Of a DNA stretch of 64,000 nt, positions 49,540 through 61,500 are shown in pieces. The stretch spans positions 434,001-498,000 of the forward strand of contig CP120462.1 in assembly GCA_034226945.1 (NCBI GenBank), in the 5' to 3' direction. Made by a program: the position numbers and the translations under genes. Position 1 is the stretch's first letter. Every line of letters starts with the position of its first letter. The stretch is from Picochlorum sp. SENEW3 (taxonomy: Eukaryota). Under the pieces are notes generated by a model. It saw only the letters and a program-made list of their open reading frames with translations. It did not search any database and had not been told where the DNA came from.

Positions 49540-51462
49540 TTAGTAGACGCGAGGTTTTGGAGGAACATATGGCATCTCATCATCCATGGGTTGCATGTGG
49601 ACGGGCCTATAGTCAATTGTAACATGACTGTCCTTGGCCTTGTTCCACTCAAACCATCCCAGGGAATGCCTGATCCAATTCTCATCATCTCTATCTGGGA
49701 AGTCTTCCCTTGCATGGGCTCCTCGGGATTCCTTTCGTGCCTCCGCAGAGTGCATGGTTACTGCAGCGTTAATCAACAGATTTTCCAACTCCATGGCTTC
49801 AATCAAATCCGTGTTCCACACCAAGCCCTTATCTTTGAGCGATACGTCCTTGTAGGAATCGACGCATTCATCAATATTCTTCTTTCCTGCCGCCAATGTT
49901 TCCTGTGTGCGGAACACAGCTGCATCAGTCTGCATAATCTTTTGCATGGATCCCCGCACAGTTGATGTCTTTGAAGATCCTTGTGCATGAAGAAGCCCAT
50001 CAATGCGAGCAATAGCTTCCTCCCCTGCAGATTCTGGAAGCGGTTTATGTGGCTGGCCTGGTTTAGCAATCTCGCCGATTCTATTGGCACATGCTCTACC
50101 AAATACAACAATATCAAGCAATGAATTTGCACCAAGGCGGTTGGCACCATGCACTGACGCACTTGCGGCTTCTCCTGCAGCCAAAAGACCCGGAACAATA
50201 GCATCTGGATCGCTTGCTGTAGGATTAACGACCTCCCCATGGTAGTTTGTTGGAATGCCGCCCATATTATAATGGACTGTTGGAATCACTGGAATGGGCT
50301 CCTTGGTCACATCCACGCCAGCAAAAATAGCAGCCGTCTCAGAAATACCTGGCAGCCTCTCTGCCAACAGTTCTGGTGGGAGATGGTTCAAATGCAAATA
50401 AATATGATCTTTTTCTGGTCCAACCCCACGCCCCTCTCGAATCTCCATGGTCATGGAACGAGACACCACATCCCTTGATGCCAAATCCTTGGCAGTTGGA
50501 GCATATCGCTCCATAAACCTCTCCCCTTCTGAATTCCTCAACACACCTCCCTCACCACGAGATCCTTCTGTAATAAGACACCCGGCTCCATAAATCCCCG
50601 TGGGATGGAACTGCACAAATTCCAAGTCCTGAAGGGGCAACCCAGCCCTGGCAACCATGGCCCCACCATCCCCCGTACACGTATGCGCCGACGTCGCAGA
50701 GAAATACGCCCTTCCATACCCACCAGTCGCCAACACAGTATTATGCGCCTTGAACCTATGCAACGTCCCATCCTCCATGCACATGGCAATCACCCCTCGG
50801 CACACATTCTGCTCATCCATGAGCAAATCTAATGCAAAATATTCCACAAAAAACTGCACATCATGCTTCATAGCAGCCCCATACAGTGTATGAAGCATCG
50901 CATGCCCAGTCCTATCCGCGGCTGCAGCACACCTATATGCCTGCCCACCCTTGCCAAAATCCAAACTCTGTCCTCCAAATGCACGCTGATAAATCTTCCC
51001 CTCCTCCGTCCTCGAGAATGGTAGTCCATAATTCTCCAACTCTATCACCGCCTTGGGTGCCTCTCGACACATATATTCAATCGCATCCTGATCCCCCAAC
51101 CAATCACTTCCCTTGACGGTATCATAGGCGTGCCACCTCCAGTCGTCCTCGGTCATATTCCCCAACGCCGCATTAATCCCTCCTTGCGCAGCAACCGTAT
51201 GAGATCGAGTAGGAAATAATTTTGTTATACATGCTGTCTTAAACCCTAGCTCTGATAACCCTACAGAAGCCCTCAACCCTGCTCCACCGGCCCCCACCAC
51301 AAGTGCATCGAATTCGTGATCCACCACAGTGTAGGACCCTTTGGTATTGGTCGACAAGAAGCGCTGCGTATCATTCAGATACCACGACTGTCGACTTCTC
51401 AGCTGCTTCACAGCATCTCCAAGCACACGCCTACGCGCAAGGATTCCTGCCAATGTTGCCAT
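49540..51462 (-). CDS. SDH1: Succinate dehydrogenase flavoprotein subunit
   Basis: [28 protein letters not shown] and PPKPRVY C-terminus. Confidence 0.97.
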   Translation of the reverse strand: MATLAGILARRRVLGDAVKQLRSRQSWYLNDTQRFLSTNTKGSYTVVDHEFDALVVGAGGAGLRASVGLSELGFKTACITKLFPTRSHTVAAQGGINAALGNMTEDDWRWHAYDTVKGSDWLGDQDAIEYMCREAPKAVIELENYGLPFSRTEEGKIYQRAFGGQSLDFGKGGQAYRCAAAADRTGHAMLHTLYGAAMKHDVQFFVEYFALDLLMDEQNVCRGVIAMCMEDGTLHRFKAHNTVLATGGYGRAYFSATSAHTCTGDGGAMVARAGLPLQDLEFVQFHPTGIYGAGCLITEGSRGEGGVLRNSEGERFMERYAPTAKDLASRDVVSRSMTMEIREGRGVGPEKDHIYLHLNHLPPELLAERLPGISETAAIFAGVDVTKEPIPVIPTVHYNMGGIPTNYHGEVVNPTASDPDAIVPGLLAAGEAASASVHGANRLGANSLLDIVVFGRACANRIGEIAKPGQPHKPLPESAGEEAIARIDGLLHAQGSSKTSTVRGSMQKIMQTDAAVFRTQETLAAGKKNIDECVDSYKDVSLKDKGLVWNTDLIEAMELENLLINAAVTMHSAEARKESRGAHAREDFPDRDDENWIRHSLGWFEWNKAKDSHVTIDYRPVHMQPMDDEMPYVPPKPRVY

Positions 51463-51780
51463 ACTCGTGGACGAATCTTTAGTATTTACTTAACGGTATA
51501 CCACTCCCACCGAGGCTATAACAGACATTGATTGAAGAATTCCTTGTTTTTATTATTATGGCAATACTGCCTTGATCCCATGCAATTGTTGATCTCTGGC
51601 AGAGAGAGAAACAGAGAATATTCTAATTCCGTACGTGGCTAATTAAATTCCGAGATGGTAGTCGGAACAGGAAGGGACTTCTTCTTCTTTTCATGGATGG
51701 TCGTCGGTACTCTCGGCGGCATAATAATAGCGCTTGCTACCCCATTAATTAAGAATTAATATATACGATATATAGATACC

Positions 51781-52908
51781 ATGGGGTGTGGATCATCGTC
51801 GTTGAAATCGACTCCCGGAGAGGGCGGGGGTGTCAGTAAGGTTTCCGACCCTTCTTCTGACAACCTAAAACATGGAGGGGTTCTGGGTGGTATGCCGATT
51901 CGGTTGGGTCGATTGTCCATCCAGGGTTCATTTAATCAGTATGAGAGTATGTCAGAGGCGAAGAAGGATGATACGCAGGGGCACGGAACTGTCACGGCTG
52001 GGAATATTACAGTAACGTATGCCTATTTGACTCAACGAGGGCATTATCCTGATCAGCCGAATAAAGCGAATCAAGATGCTGTTATGGTGCGGACGGAATT
52101 TGGGAAGAAGCCTGACAGGCATTTGTTTGCTGTATTTGATGGTCATGGAGAGACTGGAGCAGAGTGTGCTTTTTTCTGCAAGTCAAAGCTGCCTGGGATG
52201 ATCCTGTCACAGGGGGAGCGGGCGTTGGAGAGCGATCCAGAGAAGAGTGTTCATCAGGCGTTGTTACAGGTGAATGAAGAGCTGCATAAAAGTTTGTTTG
52301 ATGATAGTTTGAGTGGGACAACAGCATGTGTGTTGCTGTTGGATGGGAAGAGGTTGGTCGTGTCGAATGTGGGGGATTCAAGGGCTGTGCTTGCGACCAA
52401 GGATGAAAATGGAAAATTGATTGCGGTGGATTTGTCGTCTGATCAGACGCCGTTTCGAGATGATGAGGTGGAGAGGGTCAAAGCATGTGGGGCGAGGGTG
52501 TTGACTCTGGATCAGATGGATGGGTTGAAGGATCCCACGAAAAAGTGCTGGACGGAGGAGAGTGAGTGTGATGGGGATCCACCGAGGTTGTGGGTGAAGA
52601 ATGGGTTTTACCCAGGGACAGCGTTTACCAGGAGTCTTGGTGATAGTTTAGCAGAGAAGATTGGTGTGTCGGCAGAAGCGGAGCACACGACACATGAGAT
52701 ACAGGGTCAGAAGGATGCATTTGTTATTCTCGCGACGGATGGTGTGTGGGAGTTTATAACATCACAGAGGGCTGTTGATATTGTGGCGAAGCATACATCC
52801 ATGCACGAAGCTGCGCAGGAGCTTGCGTCTGAATCATATAGATTGTGGTTGCAGAATGAGAGGAGAACTGATGATATCACTGCTACAATCTTACAATTTA
52901 GCTGTTAA
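51781..52908 (+). CDS. Protein phosphatase 2C, N-myristoylation/palmitoylation-type N-terminus
   Basis: MGCGSS, NQD, VFDGHG, NVGDSRA, FTRSLGD, ATDGVWE and DDIT. Confidence 0.93.
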   Translation: MGCGSSSLKSTPGEGGGVSKVSDPSSDNLKHGGVLGGMPIRLGRLSIQGSFNQYESMSEAKKDDTQGHGTVTAGNITVTYAYLTQRGHYPDQPNKANQDAVMVRTEFGKKPDRHLFAVFDGHGETGAECAFFCKSKLPGMILSQGERALESDPEKSVHQALLQVNEELHKSLFDDSLSGTTACVLLLDGKRLVVSNVGDSRAVLATKDENGKLIAVDLSSDQTPFRDDEVERVKACGARVLTLDQMDGLKDPTKKCWTEESECDGDPPRLWVKNGFYPGTAFTRSLGDSLAEKIGVSAEAEHTTHEIQGQKDAFVILATDGVWEFITSQRAVDIVAKHTSMHEAAQELASESYRLWLQNERRTDDITATILQFSC

Positions 52909-52940
52909 TAATACACTCTTTGTATAAATATATGTATTGG

Positions 52941-54047
52941 TTAGGTTTTTGTGACGTCATCAGTCCCCAGTGCCTTGCTGATGTCTTCCGAGGTGGCAAA
53001 GCCACCAGCTTCTTGTATCATTGAGGGCAAAAATGGCTTGATTTCTTTCAATAAATTAAGTACGGTTTGTTCTGCGACACCGCATACCGCACAAATGTCT
53101 TGCAGGGTTGGACTCTTTTTGTCTGCAGATGCCTTGTTCAACATGGACATGACCCACATGATTGTGCCGGCAATAGTGATGGGACTCTTCCCATGCCACT
53201 TCTGATCCACCTGGCCTTCTCCTTGAGGCTTGATGACATTAGCGAGCGCAATGGCTGCCATCATATCAGCGTTACTAAATCCGACAGTGGACATGAAACG
53301 TCGAAGGAAGTTCTCTGGATGAATAGACACCACTTCAGATCGAAATTCACCTTGCTCCTTGAGCTTCAAGTCTGCAACAATCGCCTTGTAAATCCTCCCA
53401 ATATCTTTCACTCGTGCTTGTGGAACATACGCTCGAATCTCTTTAAACGTCCGCGGATATCCCATCTGGCGGCAGGCCAAAAACACAACAGCAGCAACCA
53501 CGGCACTCTGTGCCCTGGTTTTCACAGCCTTTGATTTCTCCAACCCATCACGATAATACTCATTCGCCTGATGTCGAACCACATCTGGAAGCTTCATTGA
53601 ACTACATACTCTAGATATATCTCTAAATGCCATGACAAGAGTCTTGTCATCCCCACTCGTGTCGGTCCTAGCTTGCATCCGTTGCAAATTATTTGCAAGA
53701 CCTTTGTCGACACCCTTCCCCCCAGAAATCATCGTACTTAATCCTCCGTCTTTCAATAATGCATTCATAGGACCACCGACTCGATTGGGGTCCGCTCCTT
53801 CCTTATCTTTGTCAGAAAATGTCCTCCATTCAGAACGTTCATCGATCACGTGTGACTCGGCCACTCTCCCACAGCTACGGCATATTAAATCACCACATGC
53901 ATGGTCTTCTACAAAATCAGATTCTCCACAGTCTTCACAGCGCTGCTCATATTTTAAACGAAGTGCTACGTTAAATGCTGAACCATGCTGCTGCTGTTTG
54001 TCTCCACCCTGTGGTCCCTTACTACTATCATTTGGGTAGGACGACAT
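52941..54047 (-). CDS. TFIIB: Transcription initiation factor IIB
   Basis: Zn ribbon CEDC..CRSCG, IDERSEWRTF B-reader, DPNRVGG and cyclin-fold repeats. Confidence 0.93.
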   Translation of the reverse strand: MSSYPNDSSKGPQGGDKQQQHGSAFNVALRLKYEQRCEDCGESDFVEDHACGDLICRSCGRVAESHVIDERSEWRTFSDKDKEGADPNRVGGPMNALLKDGGLSTMISGGKGVDKGLANNLQRMQARTDTSGDDKTLVMAFRDISRVCSSMKLPDVVRHQANEYYRDGLEKSKAVKTRAQSAVVAAVVFLACRQMGYPRTFKEIRAYVPQARVKDIGRIYKAIVADLKLKEQGEFRSEVVSIHPENFLRRFMSTVGFSNADMMAAIALANVIKPQGEGQVDQKWHGKSPITIAGTIMWVMSMLNKASADKKSPTLQDICAVCGVAEQTVLNLLKEIKPFLPSMIQEAGGFATSEDISKALGTDDVTKT

Positions 54048-54263
54048 GGTCTACTTATTATTTTTTATTACTTAATTACTACTATTCATGCATTCGGGCT
54101 TGCTTTTGTAGTATTATTGTATCGTTGCAAAATGTGTCATATTAAGGAGAATCAGTTTTTGAACAGGATTGGTGACGATAACGCTGATATAGGCAGCTTC
54201 AGTAGCATAATGTACTACATATATATGACATATTAATGATATAGATAGGGACAAAAGGAAAAA

Positions 54264-55137
54264 ATGGAGCAACAGTATGAGGATGAACAAAGCATGGAGA
54301 TTGAGGCTCTCCAGTCCATTTTTATGGATGATTTGAGGGGTACGCGTATCTGCTCATATGAATATCTGTGAATATGAAATGATTGATTACTCAATGCATG
54401 CAGTTGTCTCCGAGGGATCTCGACCAGTGACTTGGAACTGCTGCTCTGCGTCGAGTGCTTCACAGGCCAGCAGTGACGTATATGCTGTGGAGGTATGGCC
54501 TCAGTCTGATGATGGGATGAAGGATGAGAATGCAGAGTTTGGGGTGGAGTTTATCTTTGCTCATACGCCGTCGTATCCGGACGAAGCACCCTTGGTTCAT
54601 GTTAGTAGTATTCGTGGGTTGAGTAAGCAACATATGGAGGAGTGTGCGAGGCAGGTGTGTGATGCTATAGAGGAGAATATGGGCATGTCGATGATGTATA
54701 CATTGGTATCTGTGATCCAAGAGTGGTTGAATGGGCTTGATATGGAGAAGCAGGAAGCGTCATTGGCTGATGATCCAGCGGTGCTGGAAAAGAGGAGAAG
54801 GGAGGAGGAAGAGGCTAGGATTGCTGCTCTCCGGGCGCATGGGCATCAGGTTACTCCAGAAGCCTTCGCGTCGTGGAAAAAAGCATTTGAAGATGAGATG
54901 CGGGAGAAGGCTGATGGATTCAAAAGGGAGAAGAAGGGTACGTATGGTGAGGTGACGGGGAAGCAGTGGTTCTTGCAACAGCAGGCAAAGGGTGAGGATG
55001 TGGATGAGGCGCCAAGGTCTGAGGATGATGAAGACTTTTCAATAATCGACGAAGAGGAGGATATCTTTGACGACGATGATGACGATGATTTGTTGGATCA
55101 ATTGGAGGATCAGCTGCAGGTGGATGATAATGAATGA
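54264..55137 (+). CDS. RWD-domain protein RWDD1/Gir2 (intron ~54340-54403)
   Basis: EQSMEIEALQSIF, YPDEAP, G..VTPEAFASWK..F and TGKQWF, followed by an acidic tail. Confidence 0.88.
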
Positions 55138-55624
55138 TGACTATTTAAGATGTGTAAGATGTTGAATGTCTTTTGGATGAATGGCATGCATCATGATGAA
55201 TGAGTGGCATGCATCATCATGCATGATGTCATGATACGATGATTGACTGACGCGTCTGCAGATTCGCCAACTGAAAAATAAAGTCACGTGACCGTGGGAA
55301 AGATGGTACGTCCTCTCCCACGTACAGGTGTGGGTGGTTGCTATGTGGCTCGGTATCGAGGTGATCGGCCCCTTATAATTCCTAAAATACATATTCAGAG
55401 TATTATAAACGATAATCAAATGCTATGTGTGAGCAATGGATGAATAATAGTCAAATCCTGTTCCGTCCCGGGCCGCTGGCAGTTGTTTGTCTAGGATCGT
55501 TCAACTGCAGTGAGGGGTCACGTCTCCTCTTGTTTGATCGACATGCGCGATGCATATATGCGTAGGTTGACACCCTCAGATCCTCATTAATGAATGTTTC
55601 TATTATCTGAAACACGACGCGATC

Positions 55625-57433
55625 ATGCAATACTCACCATTGTGCTCTCATGTGCTGTTGCTAGCACTTGGGTGTGTGGTACTCTCAGGTGCTGCTGCTG
55701 CCGACGAGGCTTCACACTGCCGCGTGTCGCCATCAGCGCAGCACGGTAACTGTGGAATGCCATATCGTTTGAGCAACTTTCAGGGTAACTTTGAATGCCC
55801 TATGGATGTCCGTGTTGGGAAGCCACACAATCTGCAGCAGTTGGGTGAGATTCTCAACGAGTTTGACAAGGTCAAAGCAGTGGGAAACGGACACTCTTTC
55901 AACAAGGAATTCCTTTGCGCTGGGAATGGAACGGATTCTATCAATATTGTCATGACGGAGCTTGATGATACACGAAAATATATCTTGGCACCACCGTCGC
56001 CAGATCTTTGGCTTGACATGGAGATTCCTGATGACTTTCCAATTCAGGTTGATGAGCAAGCAATGACTGTTAATATCAGTGCTGGTATTACGCAACGTAT
56101 TCTGATCGATTATTTATCTGATTATGTGCATTGGGATGAGCCAAAAGGATGGACCTTGCCAGCCTTCAGTTGGTTCATTGACCAAACCATGGCAGGGGCT
56201 GTGGCAACAGGTACCCATGGGAGCTCTATGAGATATGGATCTCTCTCCTCTCAAATCCTTGCCATGGATATGATGCTTGCAAACGGAACAATCATCACCA
56301 TTACTCCAGAAAACAAGCACCTCTGGAATGCTGCTGGAGTTCACGTCGGTCAGCTTGGAATCATCACTAGTTTGCTCATGAGAATTGTTCCACAACAAGC
56401 TGTGGAAAAGACTGTGTACGAGGGTGACTTCCAGGGTGAATTCTCCGACTACGTACAAAAGGTGTCCAGTGACTACAAGCAAGCGCTTGAGATTGGTGAT
56501 GTCGATTTGATCAAGGAAATCCTGTTTGAACTCGATGAAACAGAAGCATTTTGGTTTGTTCCAGAAAACATTGCTTGGGTGGTCCGGTTCAGCCATTTGA
56601 AACGACAGCCTTGGTTTGTGAAAGAAAACATTGCACCAGAGGAGATTCCTCAGGTCGAGGCATTTGACGCCAACCCAGATATGTTTGTCTTCCCTCAAAA
56701 TGAACGGTATCAGCCATTAGAAGGAGTTCCAGCCATGGCAGCCGGAGACAGCAAAATGTGGTCCAGATTTTTCCGAAATGCCCTCGAGACCTATGCAACT
56801 GAAGGAACATTCGAATCCAGAAAAGCATATCTATCCATGATTGACCAGGGAATGTCCATGCATGCTGGCTTCTCCCCATACAATCAGTTTGAAGTGGCCA
56901 TACCATTGACAAATGTTGCCGAATGTCTCCCTCGCGTGCTCGATGTCGTGTACGGTGACGAAAAACTATATGAAGGATTCCGAACTCCAGGTCTGGTGAG
57001 ATTCACACCAGGAGAATCCTTCTACTTGTCAAATGCACAGGGCGACAAGGGACCACACATGTGGATCAATCTTGAAGATTATGTCACTTTCTCTGACCCG
57101 AATCACACGCCAAATGAGAAATTCTTCAAGGTGATCCGATTATTTGTTGAAGAATGCGATGCTCGTTTACACTGGGGCAAGGCCGGATTCCAAGAAGCCG
57201 TGGATTCCACGGATTACGATGTCGTAGAAAAGTATGGAAACAATTGGTGCTCCTTTGGCTGCGCTGTCCATCAGCTCGATCCCACCAGAAAATTCTCCAG
57301 CATGAACGACACCTTTTGGGAATTCTACGCCAAAACATCTCCAAATGGTCCAACTGCAGAGCTCAGTTCCATCATGGACACATGCTGCTTGAGCAATGGA
57401 CCATTCAATGCAGATGCATGCATCTGTGCATAG
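55625..57433 (+). CDS. FAD-linked sugar-lactone oxidase (L-gulonolactone/D-arabinono-1,4-lactone oxidase family), signal peptide
   Basis: VGNGHSF FAD-His motif, GAVATGTHGS, GQLGII and ARLHWGK. Confidence 0.85.
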   Translation: MQYSPLCSHVLLLALGCVVLSGAAAADEASHCRVSPSAQHGNCGMPYRLSNFQGNFECPMDVRVGKPHNLQQLGEILNEFDKVKAVGNGHSFNKEFLCAGNGTDSINIVMTELDDTRKYILAPPSPDLWLDMEIPDDFPIQVDEQAMTVNISAGITQRILIDYLSDYVHWDEPKGWTLPAFSWFIDQTMAGAVATGTHGSSMRYGSLSSQILAMDMMLANGTIITITPENKHLWNAAGVHVGQLGIITSLLMRIVPQQAVEKTVYEGDFQGEFSDYVQKVSSDYKQALEIGDVDLIKEILFELDETEAFWFVPENIAWVVRFSHLKRQPWFVKENIAPEEIPQVEAFDANPDMFVFPQNERYQPLEGVPAMAAGDSKMWSRFFRNALETYATEGTFESRKAYLSMIDQGMSMHAGFSPYNQFEVAIPLTNVAECLPRVLDVVYGDEKLYEGFRTPGLVRFTPGESFYLSNAQGDKGPHMWINLEDYVTFSDPNHTPNEKFFKVIRLFVEECDARLHWGKAGFQEAVDSTDYDVVEKYGNNWCSFGCAVHQLDPTRKFSSMNDTFWEFYAKTSPNGPTAELSSIMDTCCLSNGPFNADACICA

Positions 57434-57529
57434 AAAGCCACCTGCTTCTATTCTACAACGCCTCGCGAACTCACTGTACTACTCTATTACACTATGGTCT
57501 ATATATTTTCTTTACAATACATGTAACAT

Positions 57530-57865
57530 TTACCGAGAACCACCCAAATTACTCTTCTGTTTCACAGGCACCCCCTTCTTTTGAGGACTCGGCATCCCTG
57601 GTGGCCTCTCCATCATATACACGGGTTTCAATCTCCCCGCATCTTTCCCATCCTGACTTTCCTTCCCTACTCTATTCAACTTTGCAACATTCATTTGCCA
57701 GTCCGCAGAATCAAAATACTGCCCCCCATCCTTTTGCTGTGTTGCAAGCACCATCTTCTTCTTGGGCATCAACCCACCATATTTCCCTTGCCCTCCCGTC
57801 TCCTGCGCTTGTTCCTCATTCTCCTCATCTACTACTTCCTTTCCAATCATTTCATCCCCATGCAT
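57530..57865 (-). CDS. ENSA: Endosulfine/ARPP19 family PP2A-B55 inhibitor
   Basis: KYGGLMPKKK..QYFDSADW, the plant-type endosulfine signature. Confidence 0.88.
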   Translation of the reverse strand: MHGDEMIGKEVVDEENEEQAQETGGQGKYGGLMPKKKMVLATQQKDGGQYFDSADWQMNVAKLNRVGKESQDGKDAGRLKPVYMMERPPGMPSPQKKGVPVKQKSNLGGSR

Positions 57866-58596
57866 CCTCACCCAATATAACAACACGGGCGCCTAAAAAC
57901 AACAATGTCCCTCTCGTTTTCGTGCCCCACACTTCGTCAAGCAACAACACCCTCAACGTCGACTTCACTCTCGCGTTCCGAGTGCACTCTCGGATACTTC
58001 CAACAAATTAAAACTACAACTGCAACCCTATTCAGTAGTATAATCAGCCCCTGATACGTATCTGTGTTCGTATGCGATCACCTCGACACAACAACCCAAT
58101 CGATCTGAGTATATCTTTCATATAGGCTCATACGCACCTTGGCACAACTATTTATCTGAGAACCATTCATAAAACTTGTACAATATTGGCATTCTAGGAC
58201 TCTGTTCGGGTCAATTCTGCATGATCAAAATCATATTTAATGTTCTTATTAACACGACAGGTACCCACCTTCTGGCGTGTCCCATGGATTGCTTCGTAAA
58301 CCCTCGTCCCAATTGGCAGCCAATTAGTTACTTCATATGCTAAATTGATACCTAGATGTCTCAAATTGGAAGATATTGACGCATTTTTGGAGGTCAACTT
58401 GGACAAAGGAACTCCGAATTGGAATCATTCCACGCCTGCATCCAAACGCGTATCTCTGTATTGATGATGAATCTACTATGATAAAGATTCAACCTAGCAG
58501 AGTTGAAGAGCGAGACCGTGCGTGGATGCAGTTGAGAGCGGTTCACAAGAGTTGACACAAGTATCTATATAGTTGGGCAGGCTGTGAGCGACAAGC

Positions 58597-61500
58597 ATGG
58601 ATGGGGAGACGAGGCAGTCGCCAAGAGCAAGTACGAAACATGATGGAGTTGGGTTGGATAGTGGGAAAGAGGTGCTGCTGTCACCGTTTGCGTCTCCAAC
58701 GAAAAAGCACGGGTCACCGAGGATGTCACCCTTGGTGATACCTCCAGTGATTGATGAGGACGTTCAGAGTGGTTCTTCGTCGGCATCGTCTCTCAGTGGA
58801 CGTTATAGACCAAAGCATTATGCTGCGAATATACTGCCACCTATTGCGACTAGTGCGCTGAATGCGCAGCATCAGATGGGGGCTGTGTCTGTGCCAGGGA
58901 ATATGCTCATGTCCCCTGCATCGGCAAGGAAGTCAAAGTTGGATAAGAATTTCTGGCAGGCGAAAAACCATGTGAATAGAGAGTTGGTTTCGTTTCTGAC
59001 AGAGACGACTGCAATCTTGAAGCATGCAGATAAGGAGGATGCTGTGCATTTGGAGAGGGCGCTTGGTGTTGCACAGCGGTGTATTCAAGAGCCTGTGGAG
59101 AGGTTTAAAGAGTCTGTCAAGGATGACGTGGATCAAATTGAAGAGTGGAGGAAAGTGTGTGATTCGACTGTCGGGAAGACATGTTATACCAAGTTGTTGT
59201 TCATGTTGGCACATTGTAGCAGGCTTGTGCTGGGTGTGGAGAATAGTCCAGGTGCAGCAGGTACCCCAGCGTGCTTTCGAGCTGCGCGGAATAAGCGGCA
59301 CAGTAGTGGGGGGAATAGAAGTTCACATGGGAAGAAGAAAGGTATATCAAAGGCTGATGTGAAGCATCAAGGAGGAATGAAGCCATCACTGCGGTCGCCT
59401 GGGAGGAGTAAGAGTTTTCAAGAGTTTAAAAAGGCATGCTCGTCGCCTAGGTCGCGTCTAGGGTCTCAAACAAGTAAATGTCTATCTTCAACGTCGTCTG
59501 TGAAAGAATCGGTGAGGATGCTACAGGGTCTACATTTAGATGAAGGTAGCTCAGGGGGGTCTCCTCGGCAGAGTGTTCATCAATCCATGCCCTCCACTCC
59601 TCCAAGCAGTGCGGCGGCAACATGCTCACCGTCTCCTTTGGGTAGGGATTCTATTGTTGCCACGTTGGAGCAGCAATTTGACGGGCAGGATGAATTGTCC
59701 GGTGGGAGTGGGACTGTGACGCCTCGACCAGCTCGAGAAGTTGATCAGTTTGTGCATTTAACACCCCGGCAAATGCTTCAGAGTAAGGTCAAAAGGAGTG
59801 CCTCTCAAGTTTCTTTAAATGATAGTGATAGTACGAATACACCATCAGGGAATACGGTATCGACACCTTGCACATCCAGTCCCGCAGGAAGACCATCTGT
59901 TGAGTTGGACTTGAAAGGATGCTTGACATGTCATTTGGGATTACTCGAGAGCGAGTTTGAACAGCATTCTGCGATTTGTTCATCTTTGGATGAAGAATAT
60001 TTTCAAAAGGCAGATGCAAAGAATATAGATATGATGATAAATAAATTGGGAGCAGTGGCAGAGGAGAAATTGAACAGCATGAAATGTAGCCTTGCCATGG
60101 AGAGTGTCATGGTTGATATTGTCTCTGCCTCCAGGCAAGCTGTTGCACTGCAGCCAGATCATTCAATTGTACCAGTGAAGCGATGCCGAGAAGTTGCACG
60201 CATGCTGAATGCAGTTGTATCCAATGCTGTTGTGATGGCTATTGAAAGTGACAATGCCATTCAAGCACGCGCACTTGGGTCAAATTTGGCAAAGTTGATT
60301 GTTCTTAAAGCTGAAAATTTGGCATTGAATAGTACTGAAGAAGATGATGACCCCCTTCTCGATTCAATATCGGCGTGGGGATCTGTATGCATGGACGATT
60401 TTGAGATTTTGAAGCCAATCAGCAAGGGAGCATTTGGACGGGTATACTTGGCTCGGAAAAAGGAGTCACAAGACTTGTATGCGGTCAAGGTGATGAGAAA
60501 AGCTGATTTGGTGAGAAAAAATATGGTTGAATCAGCAAGAAATGAACGCAATATTCTCGCGATGGCAAACAACCCTTTTGTCATTAGATTTTACTTTTCA
60601 TTCACATCGAGGGAAAACTTGTATATTGTTATGGAATACGCACCGGGGGGAGATCTGGCATCTTTACTTCGATCTCTTGGTGGCCTCGAAGAAGACATTG
60701 CTCGAAAGTACATGTGCGAGGTTATTTTAGCTCTGGAATATTGTCATGCTCAGGGCATTATTCATAGGGACTTGAAACCAGACAACATTTTAATTTCATC
60801 AGATGGGCATATCAAACTTACAGATTTCGGTCTTTCCTGCTTTGGAGTTATTGATAGAACGGATCCCATGATAGAGCAAGAGTATGAAGCTCACAACAGT
60901 GGCTCTTTGCCATCCTCCCCTGTGAAACGCCATGGTGGCCATGTGCGTAGTGTCTCTGTAGTGGGCCCTTTTGATGGAGCAGCTCCAAGCCCTGTCGGCA
61001 AAGCTGAAATACAAGAACCACGTGCACCATTAAGTGCTAGATTTAGTATTGCTGATCAGAATAAAAAAGCCGTCGGAACCCCTGATTATTTAGCTCCAGA
61101 GCTCTTGTTGGGTATTGGCCACGGTCCAGAGGCTGACTGGTGGAGTCTGGGTGTCATCCTCTTTGAAATGACAGTCGGCGTGCCTCCATTTTCCGCAGCA
61201 TCGCCCGAAGAAATATTTGAAAATATTTTGGAGAGGAACATACATTGGCCGGCAGATGGAATGCTTTCTCCTGAATTGAAAGACCTATTGGAAAGCCTTC
61301 TCTGTTTGGACCAATATTGCCGGCTTGGAAGCAAAGGTGCCATGGATGTCAAAGTACACGCATGGTTTGATGGGATCGACTGGTCCGACCTAGCAAGGGA
61401 AAAGGCTGCCTTTGTTCCTCAGACCTCATGCGACGCAGATACGTCATATTTTGTGGGCAACAAGGATGTGTCAAAAATGTCTCTCACGTTGGATTTGGAA

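Noticed and set aside
57154..58011. 285-aa plus-strand ORF
   Set aside because: Overlaps the lactone oxidase out of frame and the endosulfine antisense; low-complexity shadow ORF.
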